A stretch of 64,000 nt of DNA from Camelus ferus (GCF_009834535.1 NC_045696.1:69442001-69506000); one strand, 5' to 3'; counted from the stretch's first letter, positions 11,478 through 25,918 are shown. Notes: a model not told the origin generated them from the sequence alone. Numbers and translations: made by a program.

Positions 11478-13785
11478 GGCTTTCCAAGTTGAATGTGCAC
11501 AGAATCTCCTGGATTCTGTTAAAATGCAGATTCTGAATCAGGAGATCTGGGGTAGTTCTGAGATTCTGCATTTCTATCAAGCTCCCAGGCTATGCTGTTA
11601 CATCTTGTCCAGGGACTGCAATTTTAGTTGCAAGAAGGTACAGACTAATACATTCCTCTACCTATGGCTGATGAGGCCAAGTTATTTGGAGGAAAAGTGG
11701 GAAATCTTGCTAGCAATGCAAATTTTACTTATACAAATAAGCCTTACCAGTCATTCAGATCATTTATGGTAAATTGAAAATCTTAGTATCCTAGAGGCTT
11801 TTCCTTATCAGCCAAATGTCCCTCTACTTCAACGTAAAGTGTTTTTTTCCTTGTTCTGTATGTAACACTGTTGCAAGGCCGTCACTTCCACAGTTCCCCC
11901 CAGTAGTTAGCTTGGTCCTCAGTCTTGGACTCCATGTTGGAAATACCGGAGAGGCTTTGAACACTTCTGGTGTCCTGCCCACACTCCCTCCCGTCACCCC
12001 TGAACCATTTAATCATAATCTGTAGGTGTGGGACCCAGACATCAGTAGTGTCTGAAGCTCCCCAGTGATTCCAACATGCAGCCACGATTGAGAACCGCTG
12101 GCCTACCTTTTCTCCCTACGCCCCTGGGAATTATAGGACCTATGGAACAAACGTGGCAGCCCAATTTCCTTTCTAGCCCTCATTTATCCAAAAATGTTTA
12201 TTGAACATCTATTTTATACCAGGCAATGGACTACATGCTGAGGATAAGCAGTGAACAGGAGAAGACGTGTAACTGGGGGAATGTGTCAGTGCTTATGAGG
12301 CTGGACTTCTTAGACATACTTCCCACATTCCACTCTGGGGCCTGACTCCTGCTGGCTGCAAAGGTGGGCCTTTCGAAGCAGTGCTGCTAGCCTGGCATCT
12401 CTGTTCTGACATCATCATTTTCAGGACCCTTGGAGAACCCCATTCTTGTTTTTGTGTATCTCACTGTGTTCTTGACTCTCTGGAGCACTTAGAATACTTA
12501 CTCATACATCCCAGCCTTCACTGGAAGAAGGAAACTCTGGATGTTTTTTCCCCTCATGTGCCAACTTTCCCTTTTCCCTTTCTCTGTGTCTTTCCCTCCC
12601 TGGGTGGAGAGTCATTCATGATCTTCCCAATCTGTGGAATATGTTCCTTTAGGCTCAGCAGCATGTTTTTTCCTGTGTTATGACAGGCAAGCCACAGAGA
12701 TACAGGAATGTTGCTTCAGGTCTGCTCATGAAAAGTGAGGTCCATGGACCAGCATAATTGGTGTCACCTAAGATCTCACTTGAAATGTAGAATCTCAGGC
12801 CCTGATCCAGACCTACTGAATCAGAATCTGCATTTAAACCTCATCCCCATGCATGTTACAGTTGGAGATGATCTTAGGGAGCTTTGAGAAATGGAGAGTT
12901 AATCCTGTACCTTAGAATTTCACTCTCATCTACGGGTTTTCAGACTCACTTTTTAAAGTGTTGATTTATAGTTATTTCAAAGTTTAATGGTCTGGCTAGT
13001 GCTCAGATACTCGGTGCTCCTAACTAGAAGACGGTCCATAAACTTTGGGTCCTGGTTCAGGCAGCACAGCTGACATGCTGCTCTAAACACTGAAGCTCCT
13101 GATTTGTCGCTTGTTCAGATAGAGAACATCCCTGTCCCACACAAACATAGCAGCAAAGATGTCTGTGAGTAGCGCCAAATTTTCTCCTTAAAAAGGCTTT
13201 GAATTCGCTCAAACACTAGGAACAAGTGCTTGGTTAAGGTCCCGGAATTCTTGGCATCAAGAAACAATTTCAGACTGAAGCTTCTTAGGGCAGTTGTTAC
13301 CGCCGGCAACCTTGAGCAGAGACGAGCCTTCTAAATCTCTGATTTGGGATAAAACTGCATGCTGATGGTCCCGCCAGGGTGAGTTAGTGCAAAATGTGTC
13401 CTTACTTTGCCAAGCAGCTGAATAAGGTGACCTGCTGGGTGGAGTTCTTTAGTGCTGTCCACTTAAAAGATGGGGAACATTGACCAAGCACAACGATTTT
13501 AGATTTAGCAGAATTACAATCTTTATTTTTTTTCTTTTGCAGTGATTATCCAACAAGTTCAGCAGCTTCCTAAGACAGTCTTCATGTCTAACAATAAAAC
13601 CACATTATAGAACTGTAGTTCTCAACCTTGACTATATATCTGAACCCCCAGAAGCTTTTAAAATATACTGATTCCTAGATCCCCCAAGAAATGCTGACTT
13701 AATTAGTCTAGGATGAGGCCTGGGTTTCAATGCATATAGGGATCCTCAGGTGATTTTAACACACAGCCAGATTAGAGAGCCACTC
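11478..13785. mobile_element. Cluster of four MER5-like hAT-Charlie MITEs (~11478-11625, ~11905-12100, ~12705-12870, ~13615-13785)
   Basis: Recurring blocks aaaatgcagattctg, cagacctactgaatcagaatctgcattt, ctccccagtgattc..catgcagcca..ttgagaacc. Confidence 0.65.
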
Positions 13786-16700
13786 TAACAGAGGCAGGAC
13801 CTTATCTTCTGATTTACCAGTATTTGTGTTTCCAAGGAATCTAATGACTGTGTCACACTATTGTATATATTTAAAAATAAGAGTGACTCATTCACTCACT
13901 AGCTCTGTGCTCTTGAAAGAATCATTTAATTTCCTTAAACTTCAGTTTCCCCTTCTCTAAAATAGGGCTAACTCTTATATTAGGGGGTAGTTTTGGGGCT
14001 TTAAATAAAATGCAGGAAGTGACTAGGACAGTGCTTGGCACATAGCAAGTACTCAACAAAATAGGAGATGCTGCCAAGAACTGTGGACATGACCCTACCT
14101 TGCACACTTAGAAATGGAACTTTATCTCCTGTGGGTCTGGTGGTAGTGTTACAACACAGGCTTGGACAGGGCAGCCTCTACTGAGGTTGTGCCCTTTGGC
14201 CCACAGATGACACCTGAAGTAAGACTAGGGAGTTCTCTAAAGAAGCCCATCTTTGTTTTTAACTATCTTCAGACAAATGGTGTGGAGCAGTGTCCACTTA
14301 CTCCTCAGGGAAAGAGAAACCCAGCCCAGAAATCTGTTGAGAAGAAAACTGTGATAAAGTATCAAAGGACCTCCAAGGAGAAAGTAGTGGGCCTCAAATC
14401 TGAAGACTAGATTGTCTCCCCTTTTTAGAAAGGAAAGGTGTTGGTCTTACTAACTCATAGAAACCCATAAAACAGACTGAAGTAAATGTGTGGTGAGGAA
14501 CACCCCTCATGGAAATCTAGGAACCAGCAATCTCTTGGATTGCTCGTTTCCTATTTAATTTTAGGCTAGTGATCAGAGATTTTTAAATAAACACCTTTCC
14601 TACTTTTTCTTTTTAAAAACTGCTTACCTGAATATGTACATGTGACGAAGATATGAGTTCATGCGTTTATATGTAAAACGTGTATACACCTATGTCTGTA
14701 TAAATATACACATCATACATTTAAATATACAATAAGATTAACTCAATAGCACTTTAGAACCAAAGGATTTCTGCTAGGATGAACTGTAGAGTCTCTAAAA
14801 TATGACAGTAACATCCAAAGAGCATAAATTCAAGTGAAATCACTCCCTTGGTTCTCAATCAAAACGCTGGCTCTAGACTACTTCTATAGAAGCCACACCA
14901 GGAAGACCTATGCTCCAAAATTTTCATTTTTAAAAAAATTTTGCCATTCTGGCTGAGCTGAAGATCTCCTATTAAAATAGATTCTAAAATATAGTGTTTT
15001 TTCCTAAATAATTAAGCTACTCATAGAATAATTTGACTATAATTTATGTGTGACCTTAACAACTCTGACCTGATTCCAACCTCTCTTCCATTCTGTTGCT
15101 GGAGTGACATTTAGAAAACAGACTTGGTTATGTTACCCTACTACTCAAAAAATCTTTGACGATTTCAAATCAATGTCCTTAACTTGGTCTTTCAAGACCC
15201 CCACAAATCTGACTCCATACTCCTCTCTGGTTTTAACTTTGGCTCAAGGTCCTGTGGTGTCCATCTCTGCACCTTTGTTCACCCTGTGCCTTCTGAGAAT
15301 GCACTTGCCACCTCATATCTGCCTTTCAAAACTTACCTGTTCTTCACACCCCAGCTCAAAAGCCACCTCCTTCATAGAGCAATCCCAGTTCCCATCCCAC
15401 CCCTACTCTCATCCTAATTTTACTCTTTCCCTGTTCATTTTACTTCTTCCCCACTCTGTGCTTCCTAGAGCTTCATATAATTGCAGCAGTATTAATTACC
15501 CTTTTCCTGTGTTAGCAAATGTTTGAGAATTAATAGTGAACAGTGCTTAAGGGAAAGTAATGTAGACTTTTGAGCCAGACAAGACCTGAGTTAAAACCCT
15601 GACTCTTAGGCAAGTCAATTAACTTTTCTGAATTTCAGCTCCTTCATCTGTAAGCTGAAGAAAATATCACCAAATCTGCATGGATTGGTAGGGGAGAGGA
15701 TATGCAGTAAAGGTCCTCAGTAAGGGGTAGCTATTATTACCATGGCTATTCAGATCCTGCCCTTAACTAGTTCATCAGCAGTTACCTAGCAGCACCTTAC
15801 CCTCCATAGTGTTTTCTGAATTGAATGAAAGAAGCCCAAATTGATGGCATCTGCTGCCTGGATCTCACTGAGCTATTAGTTTTTCAACATCTGTTTTGAA
15901 TTTGAGAAAGAAATGTCCATTTTTAGGCAACAGCAGCATTTTCCTGTGGCATTTCAATGTGTCTCAATCTTGAAATGATTATAACTTGTGCTTGATTGAA
16001 TCCAAGTCAGCAAAGCCATGGAGAACAGCCCAGCGCACAAGCACCAACTACTTTACGTAGGCCTAAGAGAGCATAGCCCTTTGTACCATGGGCCTGAACA
16101 CTGAGAAACACTATGTCAGCTTTTAATGACTTTGCCCTTTGCTCAGATGTTTGAATTGTGGCAATAATGGTACTTGAGAAGCTCTTAATTACCCACAATA
16201 CTGCAAGACAAGGAGAACACAGAAGTCCTGGTTTTCTTTGATATCTAGGGTGCTGGTAACTACACACGATGCACTTAGGATGTGTTTGTAATGACAGTTA
16301 TTGAGTCCTTTTTCTTGACTCCAAATTCCCTTATAAAAATCCAGGAAGAAGGAGAAGGAGAAGAAAAGTCACCATTTTCTCCATTAGTTTCTAAATTATT
16401 TCCTATGGAAACAGAATTTTCTAAACTACCATGTTTGATGAATCCTGTCTCTGTTTCAGCACCAAGGACAGAACCTTGCCAGGCTTGATGCCCACTCATC
16501 CCATTTAATTAACAAATTTTAAATGTTTTTAAATTTATGCTCAGATGTTTATTCGATCATCTAATATATTGTTTTTCTGAACACTCGTATGTGTCAGACC
16601 TTAGTATGATACACAAAGACTCACAGCTCTCAAGGTGGAACTGAGGCAGGAGATGAGCAAAAGAGGCAAGTTAATAAATAATTATAATACCATATGACAA

Positions 16701-17263
16701 GTGCTGTTACAGAGTTAAGTACAGGCCATATAGGAGCCAGGTGAAGGAACGATTAACTCTGGCTGGGAAAGGAAGGCTTTTCAAAGGAGTTGACATTTGA
16801 GCTGGGTACTGAGAATTAAGCGAAGTTTGCAATACAGAGAAGAGACAGGGTATTCAGAGATTTCTAGAAGTGTGGTTTGATGTGGCTGAAAGATGGAGTG
16901 AATGTACGGTTAAGGTAAGAGGTAAGGCATAGCTAGGTCAGATCACCAAGTACTTGTGTTACCAAGCAAAGGGGGTTAGGCTTTATCTTGAGAAAATTAA
17001 AAGCCATCTAAGGGTTTTGAGCAGAGACAGGATCTGATCAGATTTGTGTTTTAGAAAGATAGTTCATACAGCAAGAGAGAGAATATACTGAAAAAAAGAA
17101 ATGAGAAAGCAGAGGGCAGATAAAGTTGACACTCCTTCCTGTGGTTCTGGAATGAAGGGCCGCTCCATGGTAACCAAGGTTAGGGTTGGACAGGGAGAAT
17201 TTACTTGGCCTAGCTCCCATTAGCTGTTCACCAATGTTTCACATATGGATTATATCTCTCCAG

Positions 17264-17340
17264 ATTCTACCAAGAAGATAAAAGACGTCTTGGCTGAATT
17301 TAATGAGGGTGGGAGCCTCAAACAATATGGCCCACATGAG
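17264..17340 (+). CDS. DGKG: DGK gamma exon 3; (Y)STKKIKDVLAEFNEGGSLKQYGPHE
   Basis: ctctccag|AT ... GAG|GTAAGA; 77 nt; phase 1 to 0, in frame with neighbours. Confidence 0.96.
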
Positions 17341-17559
17341 GTAAGAACATTTTCATTTCAAGCCTTTAAAAACCTCATGTTCTAGCTTTTCCATAATTTG
17401 TCCCTCTTTTAGAAGTTTAGCTCACTTTGAAGAACTTGCTTCTTAAATTTTCTCCCAAATCTCAAATGAGCCACTGGTGTGCCTGGAATTTACATGTTTC
17501 CCAAGTCCATTCACCCTCTCATTACCCTAGAGGACCACATCATACCTTCTCCTCTCTCC

Positions 17560-19185
17560 TCAAATCTCACCCCTCCACCTCTCCCTCAACTTCCAGTTAT
17601 CAACTGTTTTCTACTTCATTGAGAAAATAAAAACAATCATTTTCCCTGAGATTTTCCCCGAGAACCTCACCTTATGTGCCCGCCCATCTATACTTTTTCT
17701 CCTGCAAGTAGGAATGAATTCTCTGTGTTCTTATCTCAGTCCAGTCCCTCCACATGTGCACTCAATCCCATCCTCTCTGGTCTATTGACAGGCACTGATT
17801 GCTTCAGCAACGTATTACTCTCTCTCTCTCGCTCTCACTCGCTCTTTCCAATGAGCTTTCTCTATATAGTGGATTTTTCTCATCAACAAATAAACATACT
17901 GCTATTTCCCCTATATTAAAAACCATTCTTCTGACTCCACTTCTCCCTCCAGCTACCACCTCATTTCTCTCTTGTCCCTTATAACAAGCTTCACAAAAGG
18001 TGTGTCTATACTCATTGCCTCCAATTTCTCTTCTTCCCACTTTTCTGAAAGCCCTTCAGTCAGCATGTAACCCCCACTCCTCCACTAAAACCACTAGTCA
18101 AAATAGCTAAGGACCTCCATATAGCAAAGCTCAATAGTCATTTTACTCAACAGCTCTGGACATGGTCAAATTCTCCTCCACTTCGTTCACTTGATTTTCA
18201 GGACACTACACTCTCCCAGTTTTGTTCTTACCCTTTGACATCTCCACTTAAAAATTAAATAGGCATCTCAAACTTAACATGAGCTAAACAGACCTCCCTG
18301 ATCTTTCCCGATAAAACCTGTCTTTCCAGCAGTTTTCCCCATTTCAGCAAATGACAACTCCATTCTTCAAGTTTTTCAGCCTGAAACTATGGCGTCATCA
18401 TTGACTTTTCTCTTTTTCTCACAGCCCACATCTAATTCATCGGCAAATTCTGTCACTTCTGCCTTCAGAACACATCCAAACTCCAGACACAGCTCACCAC
18501 CTGCACTGCTGCCACCCTGACCTGAGGCACCACCATATTTTGCTCAGATTATTGCAGTAGTCTCCTAACTGGGCTCCCTGTTTTTACTCTTGACCTTTAA
18601 AGTCTGTTCCACACACATCCTGAGCAGTCTGTTAAAACTGAAGTCAAATCATTTTACTGTTCTGTTCGACAGTCTCGTATGTTCCGCACACTCCCTACTC
18701 AGAGTCAAAATCAAGATCACTACAATCTGCACTTCCCCCTCCTCTCTGACCTCATCTCTTGCTACTCTTCTTCTCATTTTCTTCCAGCCAAACTAGCCTC
18801 CTTGATGCTATCAGACAAGCCAAGGGTGCTCTAACCTCAGCCCCTGTGCACTTGCTCTGGCCTCTTCCTGAAATGTTCCTCCCCCAGATACCCACCTCGT
18901 TCATTCCCTCACCTCCTTCAAGTGTTTGCTCAAATCACCTTCTCAGTGAATGTCACCATCTCTATCTGAAATGTTAAACCCTCTTTCCTGACACTTCCTC
19001 CCTTCCTGCTTTGCCTTATTTTCCTCCATATTACTTCTCACCATCTGTCACACTACATAACTTACTTATTTAATTGTCTGTCTCTCCCACTAGAATATTT
19101 TTGTTTACTGCTATGTCCCCAGTGCCCAGAAGAGTATCTGGCTCATAGCAGGCACTCAACAAACATTTGTTGAATGAATAAATGC
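17560..19185 (+). mobile_element. L2 LINE, ~1.6 kb 3' portion
   Basis: Pyrimidine-rich L2 body (ggcatctcaaacttaacatg) ending in the L2a terminus gcaggcactcaacaaacatttgttgaatgaataaatg. Confidence 0.85.
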
Positions 19186-22100
19186 CTGGAAGACCTCCCT
19201 TACTTTCAAATTCAGCTCATCTGATGTTTCTTGAGCATCCAGGCACTGTGCTGGACACTGTAGAAGATATAAAGATGAGAAGGCACAGTTCCTGCCCACC
19301 AGAACTTACTTCCTACTAGCAGAGCCAAGTTTCAGAGCCATGACCCTGGAGTCTTATGGTCTTAGGTTAGACTCCTGCCTTTGTTGCAGACCAGCAATGT
19401 GGCCAAGGCCATTTCACCTCTCTGAGCCTCAGTTTCCTCATCTGTGAACTGAAGATAACAACAACCAAAAAGAAAGACCTTGAAGTTTGCAGATGAGTGA
19501 ATTAAATAAGATAATTTTTGAAAAATGTCTAACACTTCAAGGACACTTAAAAATAGTACCCATTGTTATTCCGTTTCTGTCCCCTTTCCCCAGAATGTTT
19601 TAAACTCAACTCCCTTTTCCCTGGTTCTGGGTCATTTTATGAGGGCTAATTGCAGAAAAGCAACTGATCAGCAGGACGAACTTGGGAGGAGGCTGGCTGT
19701 TTATTTATTCATCTTGTCGTCCTTTCAACAAACCTTGAGTCAGTTCTTTCTCTGCTGGACCTTGGGAGTGAATCAACAGAGCTCACGCTCTTGAGGTATA
19801 TCTGAGAGGTGCTTTGGGATAAAACTAAGGATCACCAGGAGAATGAAGCTGGAGGAAGTTTGCCAGGAGAGGGGCCAGACTGAGAATGCATCGTTTCAAA
19901 GAACATTCCTAAAGAAAAGCCATGTGGAAAGGCTGGCAAAGCCAGCAAAGAACTTGCAGCCCCTCAGTCCCCACCCCCACCTCCAAAAACATAGGAACAA
20001 AGACTGGCGGGGGCTGCTAATCAGCCTGTCCGCCCAGAGGCTGCCAAGTGGGAGGCGAACAGTTTGGTCAGGGCCACCGAGGGTGTGAAGGCCACGGGAG
20101 CTTTCAGAAGCAGGGAGCAGCTTGGCTGCTATGAGCACGTTGCCACCCCCGCCTCCGTCGGGCTGGCCCCTGCTCTTTCTACGCCTGGCACTGCTGTGTT
20201 CCAGGGGAGCCCTGTCACTCTGATTTCATTCTCTCTCACAGTGTGGCTGGCTTCTAGTAGGTGTAATGTCCCAGCATGGGGTTCAGAAACAACAGGGTTT
20301 AATTTCTCTTGAGCTTGATGGCTTATTGCTGCTAAAATATCTCAATGAGAAGTGAGTTAGCTGTGGGAAGGGGCAGGTTGCTAGGAAAGCAAGGCTGGGA
20401 ATAAAAGTTTGCAGAGTATCAGGGCTGCATCTGTCTGTGACAAGTGTGCCCTGGCCCATTGGCACCAAGTGATTCTCTGGAGAACGAAGTGCAGCTGAAG
20501 ACAGCCAAAAAGTGGACAAAAACTGTGGAGCCAGAGAAGCTGGGAGGCTTGGTGGCACTGTGATCTTAGACTTAGATACACGTAGCACAGAACACAGCTC
20601 TGCCTCTTGCTTTATGACTTTGAGCAAGTTATCTATGTTCTCAGAATTTTTTTCATCCACAAAATGGCAGTAACAGTGCCATGTCACACTGTTGTTTTGA
20701 GCCTTAAATCACGTATGTACAATGCTCGATAAACTCTCCACCTAGTTCTCCTTCCTTCTCAGCCTGTAGAAGAATTCACTCTCTCTTTAAACAGGTTGCA
20801 GAAACAGCAATTGCCTAGCTAGTTTCTGCATGAAAGTTGCAGCCTCTGGGGGGAAAAGAAGTCTGAACAACGGCAGTACCTGAGATGTTACTCAGGCTCT
20901 GAGAATTGCCAGTGTGCCCCATAGTGGTGGATTGTCTGGTTTGGGCAGAGTATCCAGCCACTCCCATCACACATTTCCCAAGCAGCTACCCTGAGTCTGG
21001 CCTGTGCTCATAAAGAACTTACTCTTTTGCAACCCAGACATCACTCTCAGAGTGCCCCCCAGGCACATTTCTTTGCCTACCGAACTTGGGGTGCTTAGAG
21101 GGAGTTGGGGGGAGCATGATGTCGGCACAGGGGCCTGGGACAGATACAATAGCAGGAGCACTAGACCAGGAGTCAGAAGATCGGGCTCCTGCTTTCACTC
21201 TGCCCTAGCTGGCTAGAGCAAATCGCTGGAACTTCCAGAATCTCTGACACAATGAGATCTAGTCCCCTCTGAGCTCTTCTGATGTAAATGTTCTGTGTTT
21301 CAGGGCTTAATCTATGCTGTTCCCTAGGATGGGGATATAAATGAAGGACATGTGTTCAACATCATTGTCTTCTAAGTTCTCACAACAGTTTGTCAATTCT
21401 TCTATGACACTCATCACTCTTGACCCTATATTAGAATTATTTCAATACCTTTCCCACTGAGTCCCTTAAAGGTATGGAGTCATGCCTAGATCACCAGTGT
21501 CCAGCACTGTGTCTTGTATCTGAGAGACTCGGTACATATATGTTGACTGAACAGACCCACAGTAATTGATGACAGCCAAGTGTGCCAATGAAAAATGCAA
21601 CATCCATTAAAATACCTATCAGGAAATACTGTGGTAGGTGGTGTGGGGGATATAAAGGTGAAATAAGATATTTTACTACCTTTCAGCTCTAGATCCAGTC
21701 GAGGAACTAAGGAGTGTATGTCATGAACAACTATATATTGAGAGGGCAGCAGATACGAGTGTTCCAAGATAGGAAACAAGGTGGAAAAGTATAGCAATTT
21801 AGGCACAGGAGATCATACCAGGCTTCCTGGAAGAAGTGGCATCTGAGTTGGATCTTAAAGGATAGCTAGAATTTTAATAGGTACAGAAGAAAGCAGTTCA
21901 TGTGAAATACATGGAGGGTTGGCCAGGAAAGAACACAGCGATCAGTGTGGACAGAGTGTGGAGGGACACATAGAAATAGTAGGAGAAAAGACCAGAGTGG
22001 TCTCCAAGGTTGAAGTAGCTACACATCTAGGTTGGAGTGGGATTATGGCAGGGCTGTGAATCCCAAAGGACTCAGGGAGTGCACCAGATGACCCACTGGA

Positions 22101-24487
22101 CCAGAGGAATACTGCATATTAGACCTTCTGTTTATACTGATTATCTCATCTAATTTCTATTTTCTAACTTCTTTGTGTGTGTATACAGTGCATGTAAGGG
22201 GAGCACAGTCGTCCACGTATATAATGTATAAGTAAAGATGAGTGGGAATGTGTACTCGAAAATCTTATAGAGAGGCTCATGATTTTAAAAGTTTGGAGAC
22301 AGCTGATCTTAGCTTTCTCATGGGCCATTAGAATCCAAGGAAAGTTTTTGAGTAGGGAAGCAGTCTGATCAGAGTTGTACTTTGGGAAGATCAACCTGGC
22401 AAGAATAGAAAAGATGAGAGTACTGATAGATAGAAGAGGAGGCAAGGAAGCCTTTGATGGATGTTACAATGGTCCAGATAGGATGCAAGAAACAGAAGTC
22501 TGAAACTGGAAATGTGGGGACCTTCAATAGCCTCCTTATCAGGGTGGTAGCAGATGGGCAGAGGATACAAAAAAGACCTGGATGTGACAGACATTGCAGA
22601 ACAACAGTGGACAGAAGGAAGGAACAAGAACTAGTCTCAAACGACCAAGAGTTCAAAACTAAGCCTGGAATATCGGGAGGATAATGTGCCACTGACATGA
22701 GCAGAAACTGTAGGGTTGGAAAGAGGAACTGGTTTCAGGAAGAATCTATTTGAAGTTCAGAACTTGAGAACTTCTGGTCCAGCACTCACAATTTGCTGAA
22801 GAAGAACCCGAGGTTCAAAAAAGGAGGAAAATGTAGACTTCAGATCAGTCATGAGGTCGCCTGAATTTCACACTGATCTTGTTAGATGCTTTTTCAGCTT
22901 TGGTTTTTTTAAGACCATTATGTAAGACTTTGTTTAACTGAATTTTCTTTTTATTAAATCATTTAGTACAATCTGTTTTCCAGAAATAATTTATGCTGAT
23001 GATTTTCAATTTGAGGCCAACCCCAAAAGATTTTGACAAGACATTTTGGAACTCAAAACTATTTTGTAAAACAGTACTTATCCATTAAAATAGTGCAAAA
23101 GAAAGGACAATGCAAAAAGAGCCTTTTAAAATAGTTAATGATAAAGGTGAGAGCAACTAAGAAGAGACCATTGCGTTTGTGACCTTCAAGAAAAGAGGTT
23201 CAGAGGTGACACGCTAGAATCCAAACTGAATGAATTAAGAAGGTGAGGAGAAGTGTGAAGGGGATGGGAGGAAGCACATGCTAGTAGCTCGAGCAGCCAT
23301 CAGTTTCTTTGGAAGAGTGACCTGAACATGCTCACAAGTAGAGAAGCTGGTGCTGGGAGATGCCATCAGAGGCAGGGACAGTGGAACTGAGGGTCATCAT
23401 GAGTAAGTTCCACTTGGAAGATGGGAGGAAAAGATTTTGCTCTTGCATACTGAGAAGAAGGAAGAGAATGTGTGAGGCAGGGACATTCTGAGGTGTTGAG
23501 GCTGTGGAGATAGAGAGGGGCAGAAAGAGTATAAAAAAGAGACTGAGACTCAGGGGCAGGAAAGACAAAGAGATGAGAGAGAGACTAGTAGCTGTCACAA
23601 GAAATATGAGTCCACATTAAGATGCCTTAATCTGGTAAGAGCCTTCATTTCCTCTATCCAGTTGAATCCAGCTTCTGCTACTCTAAGGAGCTGTTTTAAC
23701 CACCCATCCTGGAGCTAAGGAGAAACGGCCTTGTGAGCTCCCTCCCAATAGGGTCCGAAGGGCATTGCTTGTTTTAAAGACAAAACTTTGTATCCCATAC
23801 CTGACTGTGCACATGCCAGCCAGCTCCTGGTTCTGGGAAGGCTCCCAGATCTTCCAGAAGAGACAAGGGGTTAAATGCTATCCACATTTTCAGGGGGAGC
23901 CAAGTAGGCTCCCAGAAAGGGACCTTTTTCCTCACAGCTCCTTACGGCTGCTATTATTCACAAAAGCCTGCACAGCAGATCTTGGAGCAGTGCTTCCTCA
24001 AATGATTTCCAGGAGCATCTGCGGATTTGATGAAGAATCCGATGCCATCAGAGCACACGCCAGTGATGACTCACTGCTCACTGTGGTTGCCGACTGTTTG
24101 CTGAGCACAGCAGCCCTTTCTAGCATGGTCCTCCCAGCTTGGGAGCAGAAGCCAAGCCACACTGGGAGACATGCAGCAGGGAGAGGTTCTAGTTTTTGGC
24201 ATGTTTCTTGGTTCTACCTTCTGTCCTTGGCTTCCTGTTCTTCTCCCAGTGCCTAAAACCTTCTCAAGGACATCTTTTGCAAGCAGCTGAGCCAGACACA
24301 TACCCTTCCCTGTTGTTTTAAGGTTTGTCCAGGAAAGGTCAGTTGTGAAAGTAATGAAAAGTGGAGCCCCCCTTTATTTTCTGAGACCTGAATACTCAGG
24401 AATCACATCCCTCACAGCATAAGCAGAAAATTGAGGTATCACAGAAGTGCAGATTCTTTCCATTGTGTTTTCAACTACATCCTTCTT

Positions 24488-24715
24488 TTCAGTTGAAGTA
24501 TAGTTGAGTCACAATGTTATATTAGTTTCAGGTGTATAGCATAGTGATTCAATATTTTTAATATATTATACTCCATTTAAAGTTATTATAAAATAATGCC
24601 TACATTCCCTGTGCCATACAATATATCCTTGTTGCTTATTTATTTTATGCATAGTAGTTTGTATCTCTTAATCCCGTACCCCTTTTGTGCCCCTCCCCCT
24701 CTCCCTTTCCTCACC
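24488..24715 (-). mobile_element. LINE-1 extreme 3' end, cetartiodactyl-type, heavily 5'-truncated
   Basis: ttgaagtatagttga..acaatgttatattagtttcaggtgtatagcatagtgattca is the typical reverse-strand 3' end of such L1s. Confidence 0.75.
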
Positions 24716-25119
24716 GTTTTTTTTTTCATCTTAACCAGGGCACTGACCTCGTCCTGCTCATTAGAGACGAGTCCCTCTCATGGGCCTGGGCTCAGCCAGA
24801 GCTCTCACTCGCAGTTTGCACTCTCCACTTTTCTACCTAAATTCAGCCAGTGCCTTGTTACAACGGCCTCCTGCGGTTCCGTGCCCCAACAAGTTCAGTC
24901 ACTCAGCCACCAGCGTTTTCTCTTACATCCTACCCCCGCTCCCTGTGCCAGTCGCTTTCTGTCACCCTCCGGGCCTTTTCCTTCCTGCCCCACCAATCAC
25001 TCTAACCCCTTCTGTTTCCCTTTCCATTTCTCTCGCAGGCCAGCTCCCTTCTCCTTCTCTCCCCCTTCTCTGTCCCTTCACTTTTCTCTACTGACTTTTC
25101 CCTCTTTGTCCCTTCTCAG

Positions 25120-25285
25120 CCAATTAGCTATGATGTCTTCACGCTGTTCATGAGGGCATACCTGGAGGTGGACCTTCCTCAGCCACTGAGCACACACCTC
25201 TTCCTGGCCTTCAGCCAGAAGCCCAGACAGGAGACCCCTGACCACCCAAAGGAGGGGGCCAGCAACAGCGAGGCCAGTGGCCCAG
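25120..25285 (+). CDS. DGKG: DGK gamma exon 4; PISYDVFTLFMRAYLEVDLPQPLSTHLFLAFSQKPRQETPDHPKEGASNSEASGP
   Basis: Long pyrimidine tract then ctcag|CCA ... CCAG|GTACAT; 166 nt; type I DGK N-terminal domain. Confidence 0.96.
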
Positions 25286-25855
25286 GTACATGAACCAGCG
25301 TTCCCCAAGATGGAAAGATTTTGCGGTTCTAACCCACTTGCCACAGGCACAGGCTGCCTCCTAGAGGGTCCCCTGTGCACAGTAACTTCCCTGTGGGGGG
25401 GACATGGGGGACATGGAGACCAGGGAACAGGAACCCCTGTCTTCTCAGGGCCTCACAGGAAGCCCTGTCTGATGGATCTCTCAAAGAAATAAAGAAGGGC
25501 ATAGTTCCTGCCATCAGGATCAGAGGGAGGCTGGGGAGAAGAGGAGGCACAAGCTAACGTACAGCAAGCAGTAGGGGAGGGCCTTCCGCAAAAACTGCCA
25601 GTCTCAGGGCAGCACATGGGCTGGGACTAGCCCGGGAGAGTCAGAGGAAGGGAACAAAGTGGTCCCTGTCTTTCTGAAATTTGAACTATAATGGAAGAGA
25701 CACAGCCCAACCCATCAGAGAGCATGAACCCAGCTGACACCAGAAACACAGGCACAACCCAAGTGGTCCAGATCTCGTGGGAAGGTCTCCTGCCTGCCTC
25801 TCTAAAAAGCTGGAGGACATGGTCTAGTTCTTAAATCTTCTTTTTTATTTCCCAG

Positions 25856-25918
25856 ATTCCGACATACAGAATGCAGATAATGCTGCCAAAGCAGACGAGG
25901 CCTGTGCCCCAGATACGG
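25856..25918 (+). CDS. DGKG: DGK gamma exon 5; (D)SDIQNADNAAKADEACAPDT
   Basis: tttcccag|AT ... ACGG|GTAAGT; 63 nt; phase 1-1. Confidence 0.94.
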
